Notes: generated by a model not told the origin, from the letters alone. Positions 50,080 through 60,412 are shown, numbered from the stretch's first letter. The stretch: 64,000 nucleotides of DNA from Flavobacterium sp. (GCF_035195345.1 NZ_CP136574.1:2653598-2717597); one strand, 5' to 3'. Translations and numbers: made by a program.

Positions 50080-50854
50080 AAAAAATGTTGGTTACAAAAA
50101 CGGCAATAAAATCAATTACAAATAGGAGCATAGAGGTATAAACAACTGCTTCATTGGCTGCTTTTCCAACGCCAGCCGTGCCTTTTTTACAATAATACCC
50201 TTTGTAGCAACCTATTAATCCAATGGCAAAACCAAAGAAAAATGTTTTTAAGGTTGCCGGAATAAGATCGCTAAATTCTAATATATTAAAAACTTGATTA
50301 AAGTAAAGTTGAAACGATACATTGTCTTTTACATTTTCCACTAAATAGGAACCATAGATAGCCAACACATCGCCAAAAATAACTAACAGCGGCAACATTA
50401 GACTAGTAGCTAGAATTCGGGTTATGACTAAATATTTAAACGGATTGGTGCCTGAAACTTCCATAGCATCTATTTGTTCGGTAACTTTCATAGAACCTAA
50501 TTCGGCTCCAATACCCGATCCAATTCTTCCCGCGCAAATTAAAGCGGTGATGATTGGACCAATTTCTCTAATTATAGAAACACTCACCATGGAAGCCATC
50601 CAAGAAACAGCTCCAAACTCTTGCAAGGTAGGTCGCGACTGTAACGTGAAAACCAATCCAATAATAAATCCCGTTACCCCAACTAAAAATAGTGAACGGT
50701 TACCAATATAATAGCATTGGCGTAAGAATTCTTTAAATTCGTAGGGTGGAAATAGAAATTCTCTAAAAAATCGACCTGCAAAATAAGATATTTCGCCAAT
50801 TTCTTTTAAGAAAGATTTTATCATTTCAATTATGTTTGCGAAATACTGTTTCAT
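50069..50854 (-). CDS. mlaE: MlaE-type ABC permease
   Basis: REIGPIITAL, GRIGSGIGAELGSMKVTEQIDAM, GTAGVGKAAN. Confidence 0.9.
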   Translation of the reverse strand: MKQYFANIIEMIKSFLKEIGEISYFAGRFFREFLFPPYEFKEFLRQCYYIGNRSLFLVGVTGFIIGLVFTLQSRPTLQEFGAVSWMASMVSVSIIREIGPIITALICAGRIGSGIGAELGSMKVTEQIDAMEVSGTNPFKYLVITRILATSLMLPLLVIFGDVLAIYGSYLVENVKDNVSFQLYFNQVFNILEFSDLIPATLKTFFFGFAIGLIGCYKGYYCKKGTAGVGKAANEAVVYTSMLLFVIDFIAVFVTNIFYDM

Positions 50855-50943
50855 AATTTTTTGATGATAATTTTTGTAAAGTACTTACCAAAGGTAGTGA
50901 TTTTTTATAACAAAATAAGGCTCTTTAACGCCTAACTTGTTAA

Positions 50944-50977
50944 AAAAAATCCGATTTGAATTCAAATCGGATTTTTT
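50944..50977. terminator. Intrinsic terminator downstream of the OmpA remnant
   Basis: AAAAAATCCGATTTG-aatt-CAAATCGGATTTTTT. Confidence 0.8.
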
Positions 50978-50982
50978 AATAT

Positions 50983-51090
50983 TTATTTTATGATATCTAT
51001 AATTATAGTTCTATTATAAAATCGTTCTTCAGGATATTTATTTTCAAAAGGTGCTACTTTTTCGTTTTCACCTTCACCATAGATTTTAAA
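50983..51090 (-). pseudogene. 3' remnant of an OmpA-family gene
   Basis: Minus strand reads FKIYGEGENEKVAPFENKYPEERFYNRTIIIDIIK*, an OmpA C-terminal G.GE...NR motif with no start codon. Confidence 0.7.
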
Positions 51091-51286
51091 TTGAAGGGTT
51101 CATTTCCTCATTAAAAGTAACCGTGATTACTTGATTAAGAGGTATGTTTGTAGCCGCTTTATCTGGATTTTTATCAATGATCATTGGGCACATCCCAGCA
51201 GTCTCTTGAAAATCATCTTCTGCGCAACAAATAATTAAAGTAGCTAAAACTATCGCAATAGTTACTAGAACGTTTTTTTGTTTCAT
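51086..51286 (-). pseudogene. 5' remnant of an Ig-like (Big_5/SbsA) lipoprotein gene, resembling Flavobacterium ice-binding protein N-termini
   Basis: Lipoprotein signal with C-AEDD, then CPMIIDKNPDKAATNIPLNQVITVTFNEEMNPS, truncated mid-domain. Confidence 0.7.
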
Positions 51287-51723
51287 TGTTTAAATATTTA
51301 TGAAACAAAGGTTAGTCAATTTTAGCCTTTAAATGTTATACTATTTAGGTTATTAATTACATAAATCAAGGATCTAATTGAAATTTAATGAGTTAATTTT
51401 TTAGAAATTTATACCGTTGAAACCATTATTTTTGTGCCATTTACTGCTTAATTATTTGAATGTACTGTTTTAAAAAATAAATTCTCTAGGGAAATTAATC
51501 AATTTCCCTAGAGAAATAAATAAATTTTTGTACAGAAAACATATAAATTCTCTAGAGAAATTGAAATAAAGATGCAGTTTTATAGTATATTTTTTACTAT
51601 AAAACTGAATCATTTTTGTAACCACACTAAAGGATTATTTTGAATTGTCTTGACCATAAAAAAATACATTTTTGTGTAAAACTATTTCATTACATGATAC
51701 TATTTTGTTTATGTAATTATAGC

Positions 51724-52959
51724 TTATTCAACAATAATTTTTTTATTTTCATTAAATGAATTCGACTTGAGGTTGATAATATAAACACCTTTTTTAAAAT
51801 GATTTACATCAATTTTTTGTCCATTTTGAATCGTGCCTTTTTGAACCGATTTTCCTATTAGATCAAAAATTTCGTATTCAGAATCTGAGTTATTGAAATG
51901 TACAGTCAACATGTCTTTAGTTGGATTAGGATGAATAGTAATTGAGTTTAAAAAATTTTCAGTATTTCCTAATATTCCAAAACGGGTTAATGCATAATCA
52001 TAATTGTCGGCTTCAATTTCTATAATTGTGTTTTGTGGTAAAGCTTGATTTACGAGTTGATTGGTAATTGTATTGTATCTATATAATCTTTGTTGGTTAT
52101 CTAAATCAATAGCAATAAAAACCAATGTTTCAGTTGCTTGATCATATGTTCTGTTGAAAACCTGAAGTCCTGTAACTTCTACTATATTTACTAAGTTAGA
52201 AACCTCTCCAGTTTCAGAATTTAATATACCTACATTTAAAGTAGAAGTACTGGTGTTTGAATTAAATTGTGGGTATATGATATAAATATTATTTTGTTCA
52301 TTACTGTATTCTAAGCCAATATTTCCAATGATATTTGGTCCAGACAAAGGGGTAACGTTATAAGAGAAGCCATTAGTTGTAATTGTCGATTTGACTAATT
52401 TTTTTACATTTTCATCTTGTGTAATAAAATAGAATATTTTGTTGTCTGAATCATAGCAACTTCCATCTGGAAATAGAATTCCTATATCATTACTATTATA
52501 ATAACCCAAATTTGTAGATAACTGTGTTGTTGGATTGTAACGATTTAAATAAACATTATTTTCTTGATCAGAATCATAAGAATAGAGAAAACCATTTTGC
52601 ATATCAACTTCTCCCGATCCATTATTAACACTAGTTACTTCGTTTAATGTAATAGTATTATTTTGAGTGTTATATTTTAGCAACTTACTAACGTAGTTAT
52701 TATTTTCATTTAGTAGAATCCTTGAATAGTACTCTCCATTATTAGAATTATATATTGAAGAGCCTCCCAAAACACCGACATAATCAACGGGAATTACATT
52801 TGTAAAATTTGTTTGACCAGCATTCCATTTGACAAGGTTATCAATAGTTTGACCATTAGAAGTAAAGCCAATTAATTTAATTACTTCTTGAGAATGCGAA
52901 CAATGTATTGAAATGATATGCAATAATCCAATAACTAATATATATATATACTTTTTCAT
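51724..52959 (-). CDS. T9SS type A sorting-domain protein, probable beta-propeller
   Basis: Signal peptide; repeated ~45-aa units; CTD IHPNPTKD...KGVYIINL...KKIIVE. Confidence 0.82.
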   Translation of the reverse strand: MKKYIYILVIGLLHIISIHCSHSQEVIKLIGFTSNGQTIDNLVKWNAGQTNFTNVIPVDYVGVLGGSSIYNSNNGEYYSRILLNENNNYVSKLLKYNTQNNTITLNEVTSVNNGSGEVDMQNGFLYSYDSDQENNVYLNRYNPTTQLSTNLGYYNSNDIGILFPDGSCYDSDNKIFYFITQDENVKKLVKSTITTNGFSYNVTPLSGPNIIGNIGLEYSNEQNNIYIIYPQFNSNTSTSTLNVGILNSETGEVSNLVNIVEVTGLQVFNRTYDQATETLVFIAIDLDNQQRLYRYNTITNQLVNQALPQNTIIEIEADNYDYALTRFGILGNTENFLNSITIHPNPTKDMLTVHFNNSDSEYEIFDLIGKSVQKGTIQNGQKIDVNHFKKGVYIINLKSNSFNENKKIIVE

Positions 52960-53159
52960 ACGTTAATTATTTATAATAGTTACAAATTTATTAATTTGTT
53001 TTATGTTATTTAATAAAAATTAAACAAATTTAACATAAATTAATTTTCATATCATTATTTACTTTATGCTTTGAGGAATATGATTAAATAAAAATCCGAC
53101 CTGCTTTCACAAATCGGATTTAATCTATATTTTAAAATCTATTTTCTTTGTTCTAAAGA

Positions 53160-54548
53160 CTACAAGTGAATCACTTCACCGTAAGCATCAGCTACAGCTT
53201 CCATCACCGCTTCACTCATGGTAGGGTGTGGGTGCACTGCTTTTAAGATTTCGTGTCCTGTAGTTTCTAATTTACGAGCTACAACAGCTTCTGCAATCAT
53301 ATCGGTAACGCCGGCACCAATCATGTGGCAACCTAACCATTCGCCGTATTTAGCATCAAAAATTACTTTTACAAATCCGTCAGGCGTTCCTGCTGCTTTT
53401 GCTTTTCCTGAAGCTGAGAATGGGAATTTACCTACTTTGATTTCGTATCCTTTTTCTTTCGCTTGTTTTTCAGTCATACCCACAGAAGCAATTTCTGGAG
53501 TTGCATACGTACAACCTGGAATGTTTCCGTAATCTAACGCTTCCACGTGTAAACCTGCAATTTTTTCCACACATAAAATACCTTCTGCAGAAGCAACGTG
53601 CGCTAAAGCTTGTCCTGGCGTTACATCACCAATAGCGTAGTAACCAGGAACGTTAGTTTGGTAATATGCGTTTACTAAGATTTTATCTCTATCGGTAGCA
53701 ATACCTGTTTCTTCTAATCCGATGTTTTCGATGTTGGTTTTAATTCCAACTGCTGATAATAAGATATCCGCTTCTAAAACTTCTTCTCCTTTAGCGGTTT
53801 TAACGAATGCTTTTACTCCGTTTCCAGAAGTATCAATTCGTTCCACAGAAGCGTTGGTCATGATAGAAACGCCTGCTTTTTTCATAGAGCGTTCCATTTG
53901 TTTTGAAATATCTTCGTCTTCTACAGGAACAATGTTTGGCATAAATTCTACAATCGTCACTTCTGTTCCCATTGCGTTATAAAAATGTGCAAACTCAACT
54001 CCAATCGCACCAGAACCTACAACAATCATTTTCTTTGGTTGCTCAGGTAACGTCATTGCTTGGCGGTATCCAATTACTTTTTTACCATCTTGTGGTAAGT
54101 TTGGCAATTCGCGAGAACGCGCTCCTGTTGCAATAATGATATGATCTGCAGTATATTCAGTTACTTTTCCGTCAGCAGCTGTTACATCTACTTTTTTACC
54201 TGGTTTTACTTTTCCAAAACCATCAATCACATCAATTTTATTTTTCTTCATTAAGAATTGAACACCTTTGCTCATTCCTTCTGCAACGTCTCTAGAACGT
54301 TTTACAACAGCGTTGAAGTCTTTATCAAATGCGGTAACAGTTAATCCATAATCGGAAGCATGTTTTAGGTAATCAAAAACTTGAGCCGATTTTAATAATG
54401 CTTTCGTTGGAATACAACCCCAATTTAAACAAATTCCACCCAAATTTTCTTTTTCAATAACGGCTACTTTAAAGCCTAATTGTGATGCTCTAATAGCAGT
54501 TACATAACCACCAGGACCACTTCCTAAAACTATGATATCGTATTTCAT
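53160..54548 (-). CDS. lpdA: Dihydrolipoyl dehydrogenase
   Basis: GSGPGGY, GGICLNWGCIPTK, GSGAIGVE, HPHPTMSE. Confidence 0.97.
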   Translation of the reverse strand: MKYDIIVLGSGPGGYVTAIRASQLGFKVAVIEKENLGGICLNWGCIPTKALLKSAQVFDYLKHASDYGLTVTAFDKDFNAVVKRSRDVAEGMSKGVQFLMKKNKIDVIDGFGKVKPGKKVDVTAADGKVTEYTADHIIIATGARSRELPNLPQDGKKVIGYRQAMTLPEQPKKMIVVGSGAIGVEFAHFYNAMGTEVTIVEFMPNIVPVEDEDISKQMERSMKKAGVSIMTNASVERIDTSGNGVKAFVKTAKGEEVLEADILLSAVGIKTNIENIGLEETGIATDRDKILVNAYYQTNVPGYYAIGDVTPGQALAHVASAEGILCVEKIAGLHVEALDYGNIPGCTYATPEIASVGMTEKQAKEKGYEIKVGKFPFSASGKAKAAGTPDGFVKVIFDAKYGEWLGCHMIGAGVTDMIAEAVVARKLETTGHEILKAVHPHPTMSEAVMEAVADAYGEVIHL

Positions 54549-54650
54549 TTTTATAAAGTATTTCAGTTTTATTTATAAGTTGCGAATTTAAGGAAATAAA
54601 ATTAAATAAACTTCAAAATTCAAATTCCAAAATTCAAATAAATTATAATT

Positions 54651-54712
54651 TTAGGAACACAGATTTAATAAATTTTAAAAATTACTAAAATTTATTAAAT
54701 CTGTGTTCCTAA
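54651..54712. repeat. Perfect 27-bp inverted repeat (ACACAGATT-type)
   Basis: TTAGGAACACAGATTTAATAAATTTTA-aaaattac-TAAAATTTATTAAATCTGTGTTCCTAA. Confidence 0.92.
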
Positions 54713-54787
54713 GAAAAAATGTTAGTTCAAGTTATGTTTGACAGCATGATAAACTGTGACTGCGACTGAAGACTGCGACTAAGATAA

Positions 54788-56539
54788 CTATTCAACTTCA
54801 ACAGCAAACTGTGAATCATACAACTTCTTGTAATATCCATTTGCTTTCGTTAATAATTCTTGATGCGTGCCTTGTTCCACGATTTGACCTTTGTCCATTA
54901 CGATTATTTTGCTAGCATTTACAATGGTTGCCAAGCGGTGAGCAATAACAATAGAAGTTCTGTCTTTGGTAATGGTTTCTGTAGCTTTTTGAATTAATTC
55001 CTCAGAATGCGTGTCTATCGATGAGGTTGCTTCATCTAAAATTAAAATACTTGGATTACTTACATACGCTCTCAAAAAAGCAATCAATTGGCGCTGTCCT
55101 GAAGATAGCATCACGCCACGTTCTTTTACGTTGTAATCGTAACCTTCCGGTAAGGTCATAATGAAATCGTGCACACCAATTTTTTTAGCTGCAGCAATTA
55201 CATCTTCTCTCGAAATGGCTTCGTTATGCAAGGTGATGTTGTGATAAATGGTATCCGCAAACAAGAAAACATCTTGTAAAACAATGGCAATTTGTTTGCG
55301 AAGACTTTCTAAAGTATATTCGTTGATGTTTCGGTTATCAATAGTAATTTCACCCGAATTAATTTCGTAAAAACGATTCAATAAATTAATGATGGTCGAT
55401 TTTCCAGCACCTGTACTTCCAACTATGGCTATGGTTTCACCGGGTTGTACTTGAAGATTAATTCCTTTTAAAACTTCTTCATTTGCAATGTAGCTAAAAC
55501 GTACTTCTTTTAATTCAATTAATCCTTTAAAATGACTAACTGTTACAGTCCCGTTTTCTTGAACATTTTCATCTTTTTCCAAGATTTCAAATACTCTATC
55601 GGCTGCAATAATTCCCATTTGCATGACATTAAATTTATCCGCAATTTGGCGTAAAGGGTTAAATAACATGTTGATTAACATGGTGTATGCAAATAAATCA
55701 CCAACAGTTGTTACAGTATCTCCATTCATTATTGAAATACCTGCATAAAATACAATGCCCCCAAGGGTTAAAGAGGAAACAATATCGGCAATAGGGAAGA
55801 AGATGGAGTTATATAAAATATTTTTTAACCATGCCACATTGTGTTTTTGATTGATTTCTTTGAATTTTTCTAATTCAATAGCTTCTCTATTAAACAATTG
55901 CACAATTTTCATTCCGGTTAATCGTTCCTGAACGAAAGTATTTAGATTGGCAATTTCGTTTCGAACATCATTAAAAGCCACCTTCATCTTCTTTTGAAAA
56001 ATATCCGTTGCGTAGATTAAAACAGGCATGGCTAATAGTACAATAATGGATAGTTTCCAGTTCATGAAAAACATGATACCTAAAATAACAATCATTTTCA
56101 GTACATCACTCACAATCATAAACAATCCTTGACTAAAAATACTAGCAATCGATTCAATGTCTGAAACCGAACGAGTTACTAGTTTTCCAACGGGCTCATT
56201 ATCAAAATATTTCATTTTAAATGAGGCAATATGATGGAATAATTTTTCACGAATATCTTTTATAATATCTTGTCCTAACCAGTTGGCCCAATATGTAAAA
56301 TAAAATTGAGCTACTACTTCTAGTAAAAGAACTGTTGCCATGATAATTACATACAATAATAAACCATGTTTATCTTCGGGTTTGATGTATTGGTCAACGG
56401 TCTGTTTTAGTAAATACGGGCGTGCAGCGGCAAAAATTGAAAGTAAAATAGCCCAAACAATCACCCAATTGAACCTTTTTTGGTAAGGCTTCGCATAGTG
56501 CAATACTTTTTTTAGTGAATTGGATTTGATGAACTTCAT
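54788..56539 (-). CDS. ABC transporter, fused permease/ATPase (MsbA-like)
   Basis: TM domain; GSTGAGKST, LSSGQRQ, LDEATS, IAHRL. Confidence 0.92.
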   Translation of the reverse strand: MKFIKSNSLKKVLHYAKPYQKRFNWVIVWAILLSIFAAARPYLLKQTVDQYIKPEDKHGLLLYVIIMATVLLLEVVAQFYFTYWANWLGQDIIKDIREKLFHHIASFKMKYFDNEPVGKLVTRSVSDIESIASIFSQGLFMIVSDVLKMIVILGIMFFMNWKLSIIVLLAMPVLIYATDIFQKKMKVAFNDVRNEIANLNTFVQERLTGMKIVQLFNREAIELEKFKEINQKHNVAWLKNILYNSIFFPIADIVSSLTLGGIVFYAGISIMNGDTVTTVGDLFAYTMLINMLFNPLRQIADKFNVMQMGIIAADRVFEILEKDENVQENGTVTVSHFKGLIELKEVRFSYIANEEVLKGINLQVQPGETIAIVGSTGAGKSTIINLLNRFYEINSGEITIDNRNINEYTLESLRKQIAIVLQDVFLFADTIYHNITLHNEAISREDVIAAAKKIGVHDFIMTLPEGYDYNVKERGVMLSSGQRQLIAFLRAYVSNPSILILDEATSSIDTHSEELIQKATETITKDRTSIVIAHRLATIVNASKIIVMDKGQIVEQGTHQELLTKANGYYKKLYDSQFAVEVE

Positions 56540-56579
56540 TTATCTATTTTCTATATACTTTGTTCTATTTTTCTAAAAT

Positions 56580-57326
56580 CTATTTTCTGTCTTCAATATA
56601 CGGATACCTAACATTAACTAAATATAAGCCGTGTGCTGGCACTGAAAACCCTGCTTTTCCTCGGTTTTTACTTTCTATGATACTGCGTAAATCGGATACA
56701 TCAATTTTTCCTAACCCTATGTTTACCATAGTTCCTACAATTGCTCTTACCATATTGCGCAAAAATCGATCGGCAGTGATGGTAAAGATAAGCTGATTTC
56801 CCGATTGTTTCCAATGTGCTTCCGAAATTTTACAATTAAACGTATTAACATCGGTATGTACTTTAGAGAAACACTCAAAATCAATGTATTCAAATAAAAT
56901 TTTACACGCTTCATTCATTTTTTCTAAATCCAATGAATGGGAGTGATACCAACTTCCATCACTAATAAAAGCATCTTTAAAAGTATGCATGTAATATTCG
57001 TAGGTTCTTGATGTGGCATCAAAACGCGCATGAGCCTCTTCGGACACTTTAAAAATACGAAATACTACAATCGATGGCGGTAAAAATGAATTCAATTTAT
57101 GTGACCAATAATCAGAATCTAATGCTAATTCGGTTTCAAAATGAGCGTACATTTGCTTAGCATGTACACCTGAATCAGTTCTACCGGCACCTACAATCGC
57201 TATAGTTTCTCTGAATAAAGTAGAAAGTGCTTTTTCCAAAGTTTCCTGTACCGAAGCGGCGTTAGGTTGACTCTGAAATCCGTGGAAGTTTTTTCCGTTG
57301 TAAGCAAATTCTATGAAATATCTCAA
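56580..57326 (-). CDS. truA: tRNA pseudouridine(38-40) synthase
   Basis: YNGKNFHGFQ, GAGRTDSGVHA, HARFDA, FLRNMVRAIVG; TTG start. Confidence 0.95.
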   Translation of the reverse strand: MRYFIEFAYNGKNFHGFQSQPNAASVQETLEKALSTLFRETIAIVGAGRTDSGVHAKQMYAHFETELALDSDYWSHKLNSFLPPSIVVFRIFKVSEEAHARFDATSRTYEYYMHTFKDAFISDGSWYHSHSLDLEKMNEACKILFEYIDFECFSKVHTDVNTFNCKISEAHWKQSGNQLIFTITADRFLRNMVRAIVGTMVNIGLGKIDVSDLRSIIESKNRGKAGFSVPAHGLYLVNVRYPYIEDRK

Positions 57327-57443
57327 AATATAGTGGTCAGTGTTCTGTATTTAGTGTTCAGCTTTTTTAATAAGATGCAAATTTACAAAATTCAAAAGTA
57401 AAGTTCCTTCCAAATTGTGATAATAAAAACTTAATTTTGTCAT

Positions 57444-57938
57444 ATGAAGAAAATTCTATTGTTGTCTGACACCCATAGCTACATTGATGATGCTATTTTG
57501 AAATACGTCAACCAAGCTGATGAAGTTTGGCATGCAGGCGATATTGGCGATTTAGCAGTTACAGATGCCATTAAAAAGTTAAAACCACTTCGAGGGGTTT
57601 ATGGCAATATAGATGATGACAAAGCGCGAATGGAATTTCCATTAAACAATCGTTTTTTCTGTGAAGGAGTAGAGGTTTGGATTACGCATATTGGTGGTTA
57701 TCCTGATAAATACAACCCTGCAATTCGTGCTGAAATTACTAAAAATCCTCCGAAGTTATTTATTTGTGGACATTCTCATATTCTAAAAGTGCTATTTGAT
57801 AAAAAATTGAATTTATTACACATGAACCCAGGAGCTTGCGGAAAATATGGTTTTCATCAAGTAAGAACCTTGTTACGTTTTGAAATCGATGGCGATAAAA
57901 TACAGAGTTTGGAGGTTATTGAACTAGGGAAGAAGTAG
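57444..57938 (+). CDS. Metallophosphoesterase (YfcE-like)
   Basis: SDTH, HAGD, GNID, CGHSH, NPG. Confidence 0.9.
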   Translation: MKKILLLSDTHSYIDDAILKYVNQADEVWHAGDIGDLAVTDAIKKLKPLRGVYGNIDDDKARMEFPLNNRFFCEGVEVWITHIGGYPDKYNPAIRAEITKNPPKLFICGHSHILKVLFDKKLNLLHMNPGACGKYGFHQVRTLLRFEIDGDKIQSLEVIELGKK

Positions 57939-58038
57939 TGTTTAGTATTCAGTCGCAGTTTTCAGTTTAAATAAACAAAAAAATCCGAAACTTTCGCTTC
58001 GGATTTTTTCTTCGCACTAATAAACTAAGATGATAGGT

Positions 58039-58449
58039 TTATCGTAATCGATCAACAGATTTTACGAGATCTTCGTCCTTTTTTATTGCCTTGTTTGCCA
58101 AGACTAATAAAACGATAGAAATTGCAGGAAGAAACATCCCAATACCCTTCTCTGAAACAAACGTTTCTCCGGATAAGTTTAGCGAGCGATACACAAAAAA
58201 TCCTAGTAAAATAAAGTTAAATATCATGTTCAATCTGTTTAAAACAAATTGATGTTGTCTCTTTTTAAAATTAAAAATACTATAAATAGCTAAAACGGTT
58301 GACAATACAAACAGACTAATATAAATAAGTGAAGAAGTAAAAAAAACGTCGACTTTATTTTTATCTGTCCATAATTCAAAAACAAAAGGTAGTCCACCAG
58401 TAACAATTGCGCTGGCTAACATATAAAGTGATTGAATGCGTTGTAACAT
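58039..58449 (-). CDS. DUF4293 family membrane protein
   Basis: MLQRIQS...KAIKKDEDLVKSVDRLR. Confidence 0.88.
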   Translation of the reverse strand: MLQRIQSLYMLASAIVTGGLPFVFELWTDKNKVDVFFTSSLIYISLFVLSTVLAIYSIFNFKKRQHQFVLNRLNMIFNFILLGFFVYRSLNLSGETFVSEKGIGMFLPAISIVLLVLANKAIKKDEDLVKSVDRLR

Positions 58450-58636
58450 TATTTTCTTTTTTGATAAAGCAAAAATAGTATTTCTTTTTAATTTAAACTA
58501 TTGTTATTTCCAAATTTATTCGTACTATTGCATAGTATTAGTCGTAAGTACTTCATTCTGCGACACCTTACACTACAAAAAAAATCTTATCATTTTTTGT
58601 TTTTAATCAACCAACAATTTTATTCAAAATATATCC

Positions 58637-60412
58637 ATGTTTGATATTGAAGTATTAAAAGAGATGAAACTCTCTGATTTGCAAGAAATTGCAAAAGTAG
58701 CTAAGATTAATAAATACCGTTCGCTTAAAAAAGACGATTTAGTATATCAAATCTTAGACTTACAAGCAGCCAAACCCGAAGTTATAAAATCGGAAATTCC
58801 TATTGAGAAATTGGCTGAACAACCCAAAGAAAAAAGAGCAAGAATTCTTCCGAAAAAAGAAGTTAATCAAGCGCCAAAAATTAAAAAAGACTTGTTTTCG
58901 CAGCCCTTGAAAGAATTACCAGAGGAAGTAATTCCAGTAAAAGAAGAAGCTATCGAAGAAATTAAAGTAGTAGAAACGAAAGAATTTGCTTCGAAACCAA
59001 ACAATAAATTACCTCGCAAAGATTTTAAAGACAAAAAACCTTTGCCACAAAAAGCAGTACGAGAAGAGGTATCTAAAGTAGAACCAATTGCTAAAGAAAC
59101 TCCAGAAGCAGCTGAAACGGTTCAAAACGATAAAAATTTGCCCAAAAATCCAAATTATAAGGCAAACCAAAATAATCCCAATCATCCTGACTACAAAAAG
59201 AACGTTAGTAATGAAGGAACGAATGGGAACAACGGAAATTCCAACAAAAATCCCCATCAAAATAAAAAACCTAATTTTAGAGAACCAGATTATGAGTTCG
59301 ATGGAATTATTGAAAGTGAAGGTGTTTTAGAAATGATGCCGGATGGCTACGGATTTTTACGTTCGTCTGATTATAACTATTTGGCGTCACCAGATGATAT
59401 TTATTTGTCTACCTCTCAAATTCGTTTGTTTGGATTAAAAACGGGTGATACTGTAAAAGGAGTGGTGCGTCCTCCAAAAGAAGGTGAAAAATATTTTCCT
59501 TTGGTGAAAGTATTAAAAATCAACGGCCATGACCCACAAGTAGTTCGTGATAGAATTTCGTTTGAGCATTTAACACCAGTTTTCCCAACAGAAAAATTCA
59601 ATTTAGCGGATAGAAATAGTACTATTTCAACTCGTATTATTGATTTGTTTTCTCCAATTGGAAAAGGACAACGTGGAATGATTGTTGCCCAACCAAAAAC
59701 AGGTAAAACCATGTTGTTGAAAGATGTTGCAAATGCTATTGCAGCCAATCATCCAGAGGTTTACTTGATTGTTTTATTAATTGACGAACGTCCTGAAGAG
59801 GTAACCGATATGCAACGTAGTGTGCGTGGTGAGGTAATTGCTTCAACTTTTGATAGAGAGCCACAAGAACACGTTAAAATTGCAAATATTGTGTTAGAAA
59901 AAGCAAAACGTTTAGTAGAATGTGGTCACGATGTCGTGATTTTATTAGATTCAATCACTCGTTTAGCTAGAGCATACAATACTGTACAACCAGCTTCTGG
60001 AAAAATATTAAGTGGTGGAGTAGATGCGAATGCGTTACAAAAACCAAAACGTTTCTTTGGAGCAGCTCGTAATGTAGAAAACGGTGGTTCGTTAAGTATC
60101 ATTGCAACTGCATTAACTGAAACTGGTTCTAAAATGGACGAAGTTATCTTTGAGGAATTCAAAGGAACAGGTAACATGGAATTACAGTTGGATAGAAGAA
60201 TTTCTAACAAGCGTATTTTCCCTGCTATCGACTTGGTTTCTTCAAGTACACGTCGTGATGATTTATTATTAGACGAAAATACGATTCACAGAATGTGGAT
60301 CATGCGTAAATATTTAGCCGATATGAACCCAGTAGAAGCTATGGACTTTATTCACGATAGATTTAAGAAAACACGAAACAACGAAGAATTTCTAATTTCG
60401 ATGAATCAATAA
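58637..60412 (+). CDS. rho: Transcription termination factor Rho with a long N-terminal insertion
   Basis: [54 protein letters not shown]. Confidence 0.97.
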   Translation: MFDIEVLKEMKLSDLQEIAKVAKINKYRSLKKDDLVYQILDLQAAKPEVIKSEIPIEKLAEQPKEKRARILPKKEVNQAPKIKKDLFSQPLKELPEEVIPVKEEAIEEIKVVETKEFASKPNNKLPRKDFKDKKPLPQKAVREEVSKVEPIAKETPEAAETVQNDKNLPKNPNYKANQNNPNHPDYKKNVSNEGTNGNNGNSNKNPHQNKKPNFREPDYEFDGIIESEGVLEMMPDGYGFLRSSDYNYLASPDDIYLSTSQIRLFGLKTGDTVKGVVRPPKEGEKYFPLVKVLKINGHDPQVVRDRISFEHLTPVFPTEKFNLADRNSTISTRIIDLFSPIGKGQRGMIVAQPKTGKTMLLKDVANAIAANHPEVYLIVLLIDERPEEVTDMQRSVRGEVIASTFDREPQEHVKIANIVLEKAKRLVECGHDVVILLDSITRLARAYNTVQPASGKILSGGVDANALQKPKRFFGAARNVENGGSLSIIATALTETGSKMDEVIFEEFKGTGNMELQLDRRISNKRIFPAIDLVSSSTRRDDLLLDENTIHRMWIMRKYLADMNPVEAMDFIHDRFKKTRNNEEFLISMNQ

